A DNA stretch of 64,000 nucleotides from Candidatus Moraniibacteriota bacterium (lineage in GTDB: Bacteria; Patescibacteriota; Minisyncoccia; Moranbacterales; UBA9337). Shown here piece by piece: positions 51,486 to 60,527 of the stretch. Every line of letters begins with the position of its first letter. The stretch's first letter is position 1. The position numbers were made by a program, and so were the translations under genes. Where the stretch lies: contig JAQVJM010000003.1 in NCBI GenBank assembly GCA_028695135.1, forward strand, positions 2,571 to 66,570, written 5' to 3'. The notes below the pieces were generated by a model that was not told where the DNA came from, did no database searches, and saw only the letters and a program-made list of their open reading frames with translations.

Positions 51486-53255
51486 ATGAGTAGGGAAAAA
51501 AGAAAGAAAAAAGAGGGGTTTTGGTCTGAATTGCTGGATCTGCTTGCGCCTTCGGTAAAAACGATGAAAAGGATATTCATCCTGATGATATTCGTGGAAG
51601 CTGTCAAGTTGGTCGGGCCTTATCTGCTCAAAGTAATAATCGACGTTCTGACGGATTTTTCAAACGACCGGGTCTTTCTTTTGCTTGTTTTGGCAGGAGG
51701 ATATTTTTTGAGCTTGCAGGCCGTTTCCATCCTTGATTATTTGCAATACAAAAAAGTCTTTAGGATGCTCATAAACATAGAATATTATCTTCCGGTTAGA
51801 GCGGAGAAAAAATTGATGGACCTGCCTCTCAGCTATCATGAGAAGGAGGGAACAGGAAATAAGATCATAAAGATCGAGAAAGGAGCGACTCGTATCATTG
51901 ATCTTATGGCCAACGCTTCGTGGGAAGTCGTTCCCACGCTTCTGCAGCTGGTAGCCACCCTGGCGGTCCTCTTGGCAGTGAATCCTTGGTTCGGGGCCGT
52001 TTTTGCCTTCTTTTCCCCGATTTTCATCTGGATAACCTATGATGTAAACAGGAAGCTCTATCCTATCAGAAAGAGAAGATGGAAAAGGAACGAAGAATCT
52101 TACGGAAAAATGGCCCAGTCGATCATTAATATAAACACCGTCAAATCTTTCGCGCAAGAAATACGGGAAGCCCGGGAATTTAAAAGCATAAAGAAAAAAA
52201 TAAGAGATGCCGAATTTAGAGAGTGGTTTTATCTTTTAAAAATAGGGCTGGCGAGAAATCTGGTCATCGATTTCGGAAGATTAAGCATTCTTTTTCTCGG
52301 AGCTTATTTTGTCTGGAGCGGAATTGAAACTATCGGCACGCTTGTCTTCGTATTTACTCTTTCGGAGAAATCCTATCTTTCTCTTTACAGATTGAGCCGT
52401 TTTTACGATAAGCTAGAAGAAGGCAAAGAAGCGGTCGGAAGGTTCATAAAGCTCACCAAGGCCAAATCAAATATAATCAATCCCCAAAACGGGATTAAGC
52501 CGGAAAGATTGCAGGGAAAAATAGAATTCAAAAACGTCAGTTTTTCTTATAAAAAAGAGGACGAGAAAGCCCTTAGAAACATAAATCTCAAAATAATTCC
52601 TGAAAGCAAGGTGGCTTTGGTAGGTCCCTCCGGGGGAGGAAAAACTACCTTGGCCAGAATGATTTATCGCCATTATGATCCCAAGTCCGGAGAGATCCTT
52701 TTGGATGGAAGAAATTTGAAGGATTATGATATTTATTCGATGCGCAAGAAGATGGCGATTGTCCCTCAGGAAGTGGAAATTTTCGACTCAAGCATCCGCG
52801 ATAATATTTCTTATGCCAATCCCAAGGCCGGCTTTAAAGAAATTCAAGCCGTAGCCAGAGTGGCTAATGCGGATGAATTCATCCAGAAACTGAGCAACGG
52901 CTATGATACTTTGGTCGGAGAAAGGGGAACCAGGCTCTCCGGCGGCCAAAGACAGAGGATAGGGATAGCTAGGGCGCTTTTGGCCAATCCTGATATAATT
53001 ATTTTTGACGAGGCTACCAGTAATTTGGACAGCCAAAGCGAAAGACTTATCCAGGAGGCTATGGAGAGAATAAGCAAAGGAAGGACGATAATCATAATTG
53101 CCCATCGCTTGAGCACGGTCAAAAAAGCGGATAAAATAGTTGTTATTGAAGAAGGAAAGATCATTGAGGAAGGAAATCACTGTGAACTTTCAGAGAGCAG
53201 AGGCGGAGTTTACGCCAGACTTTTAAAGTTGCAAAAAATGGGAGATATCGAATAG
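51486..53255 (+). CDS. ABC exporter, fused 6-TM permease + ATPase (ABCB/MsbA-like)
   Basis: Six N-terminal TM helices; Walker A GPSGGGKTT, signature LSGGQRQR, Walker B IIIFDEATS. Confidence 0.85.
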   Translation: MSREKRKKKEGFWSELLDLLAPSVKTMKRIFILMIFVEAVKLVGPYLLKVIIDVLTDFSNDRVFLLLVLAGGYFLSLQAVSILDYLQYKKVFRMLINIEYYLPVRAEKKLMDLPLSYHEKEGTGNKIIKIEKGATRIIDLMANASWEVVPTLLQLVATLAVLLAVNPWFGAVFAFFSPIFIWITYDVNRKLYPIRKRRWKRNEESYGKMAQSIININTVKSFAQEIREAREFKSIKKKIRDAEFREWFYLLKIGLARNLVIDFGRLSILFLGAYFVWSGIETIGTLVFVFTLSEKSYLSLYRLSRFYDKLEEGKEAVGRFIKLTKAKSNIINPQNGIKPERLQGKIEFKNVSFSYKKEDEKALRNINLKIIPESKVALVGPSGGGKTTLARMIYRHYDPKSGEILLDGRNLKDYDIYSMRKKMAIVPQEVEIFDSSIRDNISYANPKAGFKEIQAVARVANADEFIQKLSNGYDTLVGERGTRLSGGQRQRIGIARALLANPDIIIFDEATSNLDSQSERLIQEAMERISKGRTIIIIAHRLSTVKKADKIVVIEEGKIIEEGNHCELSESRGGVYARLLKLQKMGDIE

Positions 53256-53318
53256 GCTGCCGGATATTGAAATTTAACCTTCTATGCTATAGAATATTTC
53301 TATTCGCTAGTTTTAATT

Positions 53319-54113
53319 ATGGTAAAAAATCATTACAAAAAATACAGAAAAAAATCCAATATTCTTTTGACCTGCGAGCACGCTTCCAAAAGGATTCCGA
53401 GAGAATTCAAGAGATTGGGGCTAAAAAGAAAAGAATTGGAGAATTCTAAAGACTGGTATGATCCAGGCGCTTTTGAAGTTATGAAGTTTTTGGCGGAAAA
53501 ACTGAAGACCAGCTGTATATATTCCGATGTCTCCAGATTGGTTATCGATTACAACAGGAGGCTTAACGGAAAAAATAAAAATAAGGACAAATTCCATTCT
53601 TGTCCGATGAAGTACGAACTTTTGGTCGGAAAAAACGGAAAAGACGATATTGTAAAAATTCCCGGAAATAATTTTTCGACTGAAAAAAAATTTTTGGCAG
53701 AAGAGAAAAAAAGATTCAAAAAATATGTAGTTCCATATAGAAAGGACGGATATTTAATGATAGACAGGATTAAAAATGTTCATAAAATGGCGTATGTTAT
53801 CCTGATCCATTCTTTCTATCCTTTTTACAATGGCGACAAGAGGAATGTGGACATAGGCGTTTTGCATTTTAGCAAGCAGACTTTTTCCGAAAGAGTCATA
53901 AAAAGTTTAAAAAAGAACACAAAATTCAAAATAGGAAATAATAAGCCATGGAAGCTCAGCGATGCCGATGGATCTATATTCCACAGGGTTGAGGATATGA
54001 AGAATGCGGAGCTCCTGGTTTTTGACATAAACAATAAAAATCTGATAAATAAGAAAGATATCAAAAAAATATCCGTTGCCATAGCCGAAGCGTTGAAAGA
54101 AAATATTTTTTAA
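53319..54113 (+). CDS. N-formylglutamate amidohydrolase (FGase)-family amidohydrolase-like protein
   Basis: N-terminal ILLTCEHASKRIP motif resembling the FGase/PF05013 signature; assignment by eye, moderate. Confidence 0.4.
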   Translation: MVKNHYKKYRKKSNILLTCEHASKRIPREFKRLGLKRKELENSKDWYDPGAFEVMKFLAEKLKTSCIYSDVSRLVIDYNRRLNGKNKNKDKFHSCPMKYELLVGKNGKDDIVKIPGNNFSTEKKFLAEEKKRFKKYVVPYRKDGYLMIDRIKNVHKMAYVILIHSFYPFYNGDKRNVDIGVLHFSKQTFSERVIKSLKKNTKFKIGNNKPWKLSDADGSIFHRVEDMKNAELLVFDINNKNLINKKDIKKISVAIAEALKENIF

Positions 54114-54376
54114 AAAAACGGCGGTTCCCTTGCGTTTCTTTATTAACCGAGCTATACTATAAGCATGAATAAACAATCCGTAAAAAATAGCATCTTGTTG
54201 CTCAGCCTGCTGCTAGGGCTCCTTAAAGGAGATCGGTTTGTTTTTGTTCGGAAAAAATAGTTTAGAGTAAATTCTGAGTAAAAGTAAACTGGTCTCCTCG
54301 CGAAATCAGTTTTTTGTTTTTTGAAAATTGAATATTTATCAAATGGAAAAAAGAGGGTAAAAAAAGGAGGGACGAC

Positions 54377-55477
54377 ATGAAGTGCTTGGCAAACGGAGAA
54401 GAAATGTTTAATTACAAAACTCGATTGGGAGAATACAAAATCGGAGCTTTTTTGGGAGAATTCTTGTGGGAAAACGATGAACTTTTCCGGCTTATCGATT
54501 TATGTCAACAAATTTGGAAGGAGATTTTTGTAAAGTCCGGAAAGCCTAATTTTATCGGACTTGTGAGACCGGATCTGGTTCCGGGCTTTTCCAATCCGGA
54601 GGGAAAAAGTCTTGGCAAGCTTGAGGTGAGGGGAATTTATGAGATAAATGTCCATTCGCCAGAGTGTCTAGCCGGTATTTCCGCCCTGGAGCATTTTACT
54701 GGGTTAAAAACTGAAAACGATCCATGCATAGTTTTCTCTGATAAACTGAAAGAGTTTTTTGGCAATTCTCAGATTGCTTTTGTCTGTGGAAACAATCTTC
54801 TTAAAAGGGAGTGGGGAGCTATATTTTTTGCAAAACTCAAAAGCCTAGGGATTAATGTAAGATGGATAAGTCCCGAAGAATCCATGAGAGAAAGCCCAAA
54901 AATCATATTCAGGTGGGGGGACGCGAGAATTGACGGTCCGAGCCATTTTTCTCCGGTTTTTGTAAACTGGCTCAGGACGCAGAAAAAAAGTTTCGTTTTT
55001 AATTCCGTTCCTAACGGAGTCGACTTGGGAGACAAATCTTTTCTTATCAAAACGAACGATGATGATCTTTCCAAAATTTTTGGCATAAATCGTCCTTTGC
55101 GGAGCGAGGAGGATATATGGTGGTCTGTCGATGAAAACGGCAAGCACTCCAATTTTCTCGTAAAGCCCGACAAAGGGGCTTCAGGGGATGATATTTTTTT
55201 CGGAGAAAATATGATTTCCTCCCAATGGATAAGGATTCTCAAGGAAAAACTATCCTCCGGTCGAAAATATTCTCTCTGGGAAGCTAAATGGCTTCCGGAA
55301 GTGATGATCGGGCAAGATTCTTTTTCTATGGATCTAGATCCTGTTTTTTGGGCTGAAAATGATAAACTTTCTTATCTATACTCAATATCAAGAGTGGATA
55401 ACTACTCGCGATACAGATTGAGAAAAACCATCAATGTGGCTCAAGGAGCCGGACTGGCTCTTCATACGGTACAGTAG
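54377..55477 (+). CDS. Hypothetical protein, possible divergent ATP-grasp-like ligase
   Basis: FLVKPDKGASGDDIFFGEN resembles the ATP-grasp central-domain K-P-x-x-G-S-x-G pattern; no clear E-x-N motif; GGAGG RBS. Confidence 0.4.
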   Translation: MKCLANGEEMFNYKTRLGEYKIGAFLGEFLWENDELFRLIDLCQQIWKEIFVKSGKPNFIGLVRPDLVPGFSNPEGKSLGKLEVRGIYEINVHSPECLAGISALEHFTGLKTENDPCIVFSDKLKEFFGNSQIAFVCGNNLLKREWGAIFFAKLKSLGINVRWISPEESMRESPKIIFRWGDARIDGPSHFSPVFVNWLRTQKKSFVFNSVPNGVDLGDKSFLIKTNDDDLSKIFGINRPLRSEEDIWWSVDENGKHSNFLVKPDKGASGDDIFFGENMISSQWIRILKEKLSSGRKYSLWEAKWLPEVMIGQDSFSMDLDPVFWAENDKLSYLYSISRVDNYSRYRLRKTINVAQGAGLALHTVQ

Positions 55478-55485
55478 CGCCAAGA

Positions 55486-55528
55486 AGCCCGATTGTGGAA
55501 AACTCCGCAATCGGGCTTGTTTTTTTTG
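55486..55528 (+). terminator. Rho-independent terminator (AAGCCCGATTG-loop-CAATCGGGCTT + TTTTTTTT)
   Basis: 11-bp perfect stem, T-run. Confidence 0.6.
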
Positions 55529-55723
55529 TCTTATCGTGTATAATCAAAATATGCAAAATAAAACTGTAAAAAATCTATATTTCTTTTTCGGATTTTATTT
55601 CTGGATTTTGTCCGGCCAGTTTATTTTTGCTAGGAAATAATAGCTGAAGAAATTTCTAGGTAAAGATGAGCTGGCTGGCAGGCCAGTTTTTTAGTTCGTT
55701 GAAAATTTAATTAGTAGGCACTA

Positions 55724-55747
55724 GCGCATATGCGCACGCATATGTGT
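55724..55747. promoter_or_regulatory. Two adjacent CATATG-centred palindromes (GCGCATATGCGC ACGCATATGTGT) upstream of ATP-grasp gene; candidate operator
   Basis: Read directly; GC-rich dyads unusual in this AT-rich background, 57 nt before ATG 55804. Confidence 0.4.
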
Positions 55748-55803
55748 CGATATATTTGGGGAAAATTGAAAATTAAAGGATAAAAAACCAAGAGAAAAAG
55801 GAG

Positions 55804-57099
55804 ATGGGAATGAGAAGAAAGGTTTATGAGGGCACATGCATCAATCACAAAGGCGGAGTGGGGGAAATCGGATCAATGATAAATCATTCGGTTTTCCAGA
55901 AAGGAACTGTAGGGGACACCCTGATAAATCATGATTTAAAAGATGGCGCTCCGACTTCTGATTCTGTCTTGCAGTTCGATTGCACCGATGAAGATTTGGC
56001 GAGGATGCTCGGATTGTATTCTTATATAATCAGAGCGTTAGTTGTTGGAGGAAAACGGAGCATATTCCAGATATTGGAAGAGCTGAAAGAGGCTTTGTTT
56101 TGGCAGATGGATCACTTCAACCGGATCGGAATTGAATATCCCGAAGAAGTGGTTATTGACGGATGCGACTTCAGTCTCGCGTCCCATCCTGACTTAAAAG
56201 ATGTAAAGCTGTCAACTTTCTTTTTCGGTCCGGAGGCTCAAAAAGTCAGGCCTGATCAGAAAAGGTTCGATGCCGTGCAGTTTTTTAACAATAAAAACAA
56301 TGTCATTCGGCTGGCCAAATCTCTGGGAGTGAGGGTTCCTCCCACCCTTTTATTTTCTTCGGTAGACGAGGTGGGAGATTGCGCGGATTTTGTCTATCCT
56401 TCAACGATAAAAATGGGTAATTCTGTATCAGGGCTGGGTCTTGAGAAGTGTTATTCTAGGGAGCATCTGGAAAAAGTCCTGAGAAGAGTCCCTGTCGGAA
56501 AAGATTTTCAAATGCAGAAGTTCCTTGAGAATCTTGTTCCCTTTTCCATACAATGGTGGGCGGATGAAAGCGGTCCTGTTCCAATCACCGGGACTTGCAA
56601 TTTTATCGAAGGTAATGCGAATCACGCCGGGAATTGGAGCTCTCCAGATATTCCCCATCGAGCCTTGATTAAATTTACTCTGTTGCTTGCGGTCATTGCA
56701 TGGATGATGGGCATTAGGGATTGGTTCAGTTTCGATGTTGGTCTCTATGATAATGGAAGTCCGAATTTTTATCTCTTGGAATGTAATCCTCGCTATACTG
56801 GAGCCGCATATCCGTTTATTGCGGCCTCAAAACTGCTTGGCGGAATTAAAGAGGCAAGAGAGTATTTTTGGGCCAGTAAAACTTACAAATCTTCCATGAA
56901 TTCCATAAATAAACTTGATCTTGGTGAATTGGAATTCGGATTCAAGGGCAATCCCAAATCCGGAAAGAGGGAAGGTTGGATATCTGTCAATCCGGGTCCT
57001 CTCTCTGTCGGCGATGGAAAGATATCTATGATGTATGTCGGCAATCCTGCCAATTACAGGAAGTCGGAGGATAAGCTTAAAAATTTGCTGGATTCTTAG
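55804..57099 (+). CDS. ATP-grasp domain ligase (amidoligase/peptide ligase-type)
   Basis: Central domain YPSTIKMGNSVSGLGLEKCYSREHLEKVL, C-terminal FYLLECNPRYTG (E-x-N-P-R motif typical of ATP-grasp). Confidence 0.7.
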   Translation: MGMRRKVYEGTCINHKGGVGEIGSMINHSVFQKGTVGDTLINHDLKDGAPTSDSVLQFDCTDEDLARMLGLYSYIIRALVVGGKRSIFQILEELKEALFWQMDHFNRIGIEYPEEVVIDGCDFSLASHPDLKDVKLSTFFFGPEAQKVRPDQKRFDAVQFFNNKNNVIRLAKSLGVRVPPTLLFSSVDEVGDCADFVYPSTIKMGNSVSGLGLEKCYSREHLEKVLRRVPVGKDFQMQKFLENLVPFSIQWWADESGPVPITGTCNFIEGNANHAGNWSSPDIPHRALIKFTLLLAVIAWMMGIRDWFSFDVGLYDNGSPNFYLLECNPRYTGAAYPFIAASKLLGGIKEAREYFWASKTYKSSMNSINKLDLGELEFGFKGNPKSGKREGWISVNPGPLSVGDGKISMMYVGNPANYRKSEDKLKNLLDS

Positions 57100-57114
57100 C
57101 TATAGGAGTAAATA

Positions 57115-57438
57115 ATGAAAGATAAAAATGGAAATAACTTGAGTGCTGATTTACTTGAGTGCTGCTTTAAAAAAGCAGTCGATTCTATTGGAATGATTTG
57201 GGAAATCACCGGTCTTGAAATGAGGCACTGCAGAGCCAGGTTGTCTTATGGGAACCTGCTTAAAGGAGCTCTTTGCTCCGACAATCGAATCGTCATATCT
57301 ATGGCTATACGACCTAACGGCTCAGTGGGTCTTTCGTGCTTAAAAAATTCCCACGAAAAAGTTTCCGGAAAGGAAAATATTTTTGGTGATTTTATCAAAA
57401 ATTTCAGAAGGGCGCTTGCCCAGGAGGATCTGTCATGA
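57115..57438 (+). CDS. Hypothetical protein (107 aa), Cys-containing, downstream of ATP-grasp
   Basis: AGGAG RBS 8 nt upstream; no recognised motif. Confidence 0.45.
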   Translation: MKDKNGNNLSADLLECCFKKAVDSIGMIWEITGLEMRHCRARLSYGNLLKGALCSDNRIVISMAIRPNGSVGLSCLKNSHEKVSGKENIFGDFIKNFRRALAQEDLS

Positions 57439-57512
57439 AAATAACTTATCTTGTCGGCGGCGAAGGCGAGGGAGATGCCGGCGGCGATATTGGCACAGGA
57501 GACGGATGGTAA
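57435..57512 (+). CDS. Small Gly/Asp/Glu-rich peptide (25 aa) MKITYLVGGEGEGDAGGDIGTGDGW; candidate substrate/precursor peptide
   Basis: ATG overlaps upstream stop (ATGA); AGGAGG 7 nt upstream; GC-rich codons in AT-rich genome; below ORF-track cutoff. Confidence 0.35.
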   Translation: MKITYLVGGEGEGDAGGDIGTGDGW

Positions 57513-57600
57513 ATAGCCCGGATAATTCCGGGAAAACTTACGGGTAGATCGGCAATGTGATTCATTTCACAACCGGTCTGCCCATTTTTTTTATTCTCTC

Positions 57601-57640
57601 ATTATACGGTTCTATTGCAACCGCAATAGAACCGTATAAT
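57601..57640. repeat. Perfect 18-bp inverted repeat ATTATACGGTTCTATTGC-aacc-GCAATAGAACCGTATAAT
   Basis: Read directly; preceded by T8 on plus strand, not followed by a T-run on either strand. Confidence 0.6.
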
Positions 57641-57865
57641 TAAAATATAAAGTAGGCTCTCCGCATGAGTTGCACATCCGTGATTCGCGGATAATCTCAG
57701 TCTCCGCAGATTACTGATCGGCATTATGCTTCTTCTGCTTGCTAATATGAATTTTTTAGGATAGACTGGATATAAAGTGTTAAAAATATGAAATATCGAT
57801 AACTGTTATTCCTGTTTTTGAAAGCAGAGAATGGTGGTTGTTTTTATTTTATTGCTTAAAAAAAT

Positions 57866-58309
57866 ATGAAAGTGATTTTACTTAAAGATGTCAATAAAAC
57901 AGGCAGAGCCGGAGAAGTTGTAAATGTGGCGGACGGATATGCCAGAAATTTTTTATTTCCGCAAGGATTGGCCCAACAGGCGACCGACGCTTCTTTAAAA
58001 AAAATCGAAGAAATAAAGGCTCAGCAAGAAAAGGAAGAAAAAACGAAAATGGAGAAATTTAAAAAAGAGGCTGAAAAGATAAACGGCAAGAAAATAACTA
58101 TTTTAGAAAAAGCCAAGGGCGGGAAACTTTTCGGCTCGGTTGATGACAAGAGGATTGCAGAAGAAGTCAGTAAGCAGTTGGGGGTGAGTGTCGGGTCTGA
58201 AAGTATAAAAACAGGCAAGCCTATAAGAGAAATTGGAGAAAAAGAAATTGAAATTTCCCTTACTGACGAATTAAAAGCAAAATTAACAGTTGAAATTAAG
58301 GAAAATTAA
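57866..58309 (+). CDS. rplI: 50S ribosomal protein L9
   Basis: [36 protein letters not shown] conserved L9 N-domain. Confidence 0.9.
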   Translation: MKVILLKDVNKTGRAGEVVNVADGYARNFLFPQGLAQQATDASLKKIEEIKAQQEKEEKTKMEKFKKEAEKINGKKITILEKAKGGKLFGSVDDKRIAEEVSKQLGVSVGSESIKTGKPIREIGEKEIEISLTDELKAKLTVEIKEN

Positions 58310-58454
58310 GCGAAGCCGACTCTCTGATAAGGGATAAATAAAATTTTTTAAATCACAGGTTTGCTAATAATTTTTCAATTTGCGTGGTGGCAATGTTTTA
58401 ACAATTGAAGAGAGAATTCGTATATTTGTAAAATAATTTGTAGTTTTGTAGGTT

Positions 58455-60095
58455 ATGAAAAAAAACAGCGGTAAATATATATTTGTTTTGGGAGGAGTGA
58501 TGAGCGGAATCGGCAAGGGAATCGCCACTTCTTCCGTAGGGGCTATTTTAAAGGCGAGAGGATATAGCATGACAGCCATAAAAATAGATCCTTACGTGAA
58601 TGTAGACGCCGGAACAATGAACCCTACCGAGCATGGAGAAGTTTTTGTTATGGAATGCGGGCTTGAGACTGACCAAGATATGGGAAATTATGAAAGATTT
58701 ATGGAACTAGATCTTCCCGGATCCAACTATATGACTACCGGAAGCGTTTATCAGGAAGTTATTCGGAAAGAAAGAAATTTGGAATATAAGGGCAAATGCG
58801 TTCAAATAATCCCTCATGTAACCGATGAAATTATAAGGACGATAAGAAGCGCTATCGATAAAAATAATGCCGATATAGCTATTACGGAAATAGGCGGAAC
58901 AGCCGGTGATTACGAAAATATGCTCTTCATGGAAGCGGCTAGGCAAATGAAGCTGAAAAATCCCGATGACGTTCTTTTTATAATGATCACCTATCTTCCT
59001 TATCCTCCAAAAGTGGGAGAAATGAAGACCAAGCCTACCCAGCAAGCCGTGAGAGAACTCAACGCCAATGGGATTAATCCGGATATAATCATAGCAAGAA
59101 GCGAGGTCCCCATAGACAAAAAAAGAAAAGAAAAAATAGCTCTTTTTTGCAATGTCGAGGAAGAAGACATAATTTCCGCTCCGGACGTGGAAACAGTCTA
59201 TGAAGTCCCTATAAATTTTGAAAGAGACGATCTTAGCAGAAGAATTCTCAAGAAACTATCTCTTTCTCCCCGAAGAAGCGATATGAAGAAATGGTATGAT
59301 TTGAACGAAAACATAAAAAAATCAAAAAGGGAAGTCAAAATAGGAATTGCCGGAAAATATTTCGGAACAGGAGAGTTCCTTTTGGGGGATTCTTACATTA
59401 GTGTTATTGAGGCCATAAAGCACGCTTGTTATAAGGCTAGAGTCAGGCCGGAGATAGAGTGGCTCAATAGTGAAAACTTCGAAAACAATCCGGACGCGGC
59501 TAGAGGTTTAAAAAATTATGGCGGCATTATCGTTCCCGGAGGATTCGGCTCCAGAGGAATTGAGGGAAAAATAAAAGTTATCGAGCATTGCAGAAAAAAC
59601 AAAATTCCTTTACTGGGACTTTGTTATGGAATGCAGCTTTCGGTAATTGAATTTTCCAGGAACGTTTTGGGGCTCAAAGGCGCCAATACGACTGAAATCG
59701 ATAGGATGACCGAAAATCCGGTTATTGACATAATGCCGGAGCAAAAAAAGAACCTGGAAGACAAAAATTACGGAGCGACGATGAGGCTGGGAGCCTATAC
59801 CGCTTTTCTTAAAAAAGGAACCATTGCTTATAAGGCTTATGGTAAAGGAAAAATTTCAGAAAGGCATAGGCACCGTTGGGAAGTCAATCCCGAGTATATT
59901 GAAAAAATTGAAAAGGGAGGAATGATTTTTTCCGGCAGGTCGGAGGACGGAAGACTGATGGAAATTGTCGAGCTTCCTAAGTCTGTCCACCCATTCTTTG
60001 TCGGTACCCAATTTCATCCGGAATTTAAATCCACTCCTTTAAGTTCACATCCGCTTTTCTTTGAATTTATAAAGTCAGCCAAGAATAAAAAATGA
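58455..60095 (+). CDS. pyrG: CTP synthase
   Basis: KYIFVLGGVMSGIGKGI N-terminal, glutamine amidotransferase domain with GLCYGMQ, H..E triad. Confidence 0.95.
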   Translation: MKKNSGKYIFVLGGVMSGIGKGIATSSVGAILKARGYSMTAIKIDPYVNVDAGTMNPTEHGEVFVMECGLETDQDMGNYERFMELDLPGSNYMTTGSVYQEVIRKERNLEYKGKCVQIIPHVTDEIIRTIRSAIDKNNADIAITEIGGTAGDYENMLFMEAARQMKLKNPDDVLFIMITYLPYPPKVGEMKTKPTQQAVRELNANGINPDIIIARSEVPIDKKRKEKIALFCNVEEEDIISAPDVETVYEVPINFERDDLSRRILKKLSLSPRRSDMKKWYDLNENIKKSKREVKIGIAGKYFGTGEFLLGDSYISVIEAIKHACYKARVRPEIEWLNSENFENNPDAARGLKNYGGIIVPGGFGSRGIEGKIKVIEHCRKNKIPLLGLCYGMQLSVIEFSRNVLGLKGANTTEIDRMTENPVIDIMPEQKKNLEDKNYGATMRLGAYTAFLKKGTIAYKAYGKGKISERHRHRWEVNPEYIEKIEKGGMIFSGRSEDGRLMEIVELPKSVHPFFVGTQFHPEFKSTPLSSHPLFFEFIKSAKNKK

Positions 60096-60099
60096 CAAA

Positions 60100-60140
60100 A
60101 TAAAAAACGGGAAGTTTTATTCCCGTTTTTATTTTTTATT
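60100..60140. terminator. Bidirectional rho-independent terminator between convergent pyrG and rpmA (AACGGGAA-gtttta-TTCCCGTT flanked by A-run and T-run)
   Basis: 8-bp perfect stem 60106-60127, A6 upstream, T-runs downstream. Confidence 0.65.
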
Positions 60141-60429
60141 TATCAGCTTTTTTTTCGGAATCAATACTTACGAATTGTCTTTTTACCACTTTTCCCGTAA
60201 AGTTTTTGACTTTTCTTTTTGTAAATTTGACAATTCCGTCAGTCAGAGCGTAGAGGGTGTCGTTTTCTCCGCGGCCGACATTTTTTCCGGGATGAAATTT
60301 GGTTCCTTTCTGGCGAACGATTATATTTCCAGCCTCGGCTTTTTCACTGCCGAAAATCTTAACGCCCAGTCTTTTGGATATAGAATCTCGGCCAAGCTGG
60401 GTCGATCCGGCGGCTTTACGATGTGCCAT
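60136..60429 (-). CDS. rpmA: 50S ribosomal protein L27 (with short C-terminal extension)
   Basis: [16 protein letters not shown]...[15 protein letters not shown] conserved L27 core. Confidence 0.9.
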   Translation of the reverse strand: MAHRKAAGSTQLGRDSISKRLGVKIFGSEKAEAGNIIVRQKGTKFHPGKNVGRGENDTLYALTDGIVKFTKRKVKNFTGKVVKRQFVSIDSEKKADK

Positions 60430-60527
60430 ATTTTTGTAAATACGATCAACATTCCAGAGAAAAACTGGAAATTGAAAAACAATATATTATAATTATTACA
60501 GAGCCTATTATAGCAAATTTTGAAGCT

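Noticed and set aside
60423-60527. Upstream start for the 60528 gene
   Set aside because: It would overlap the divergent rpmA start codon and translate promoter DNA. The in-frame ATG at 60528 gives a typical short cytoplasmic N-terminus plus TM.
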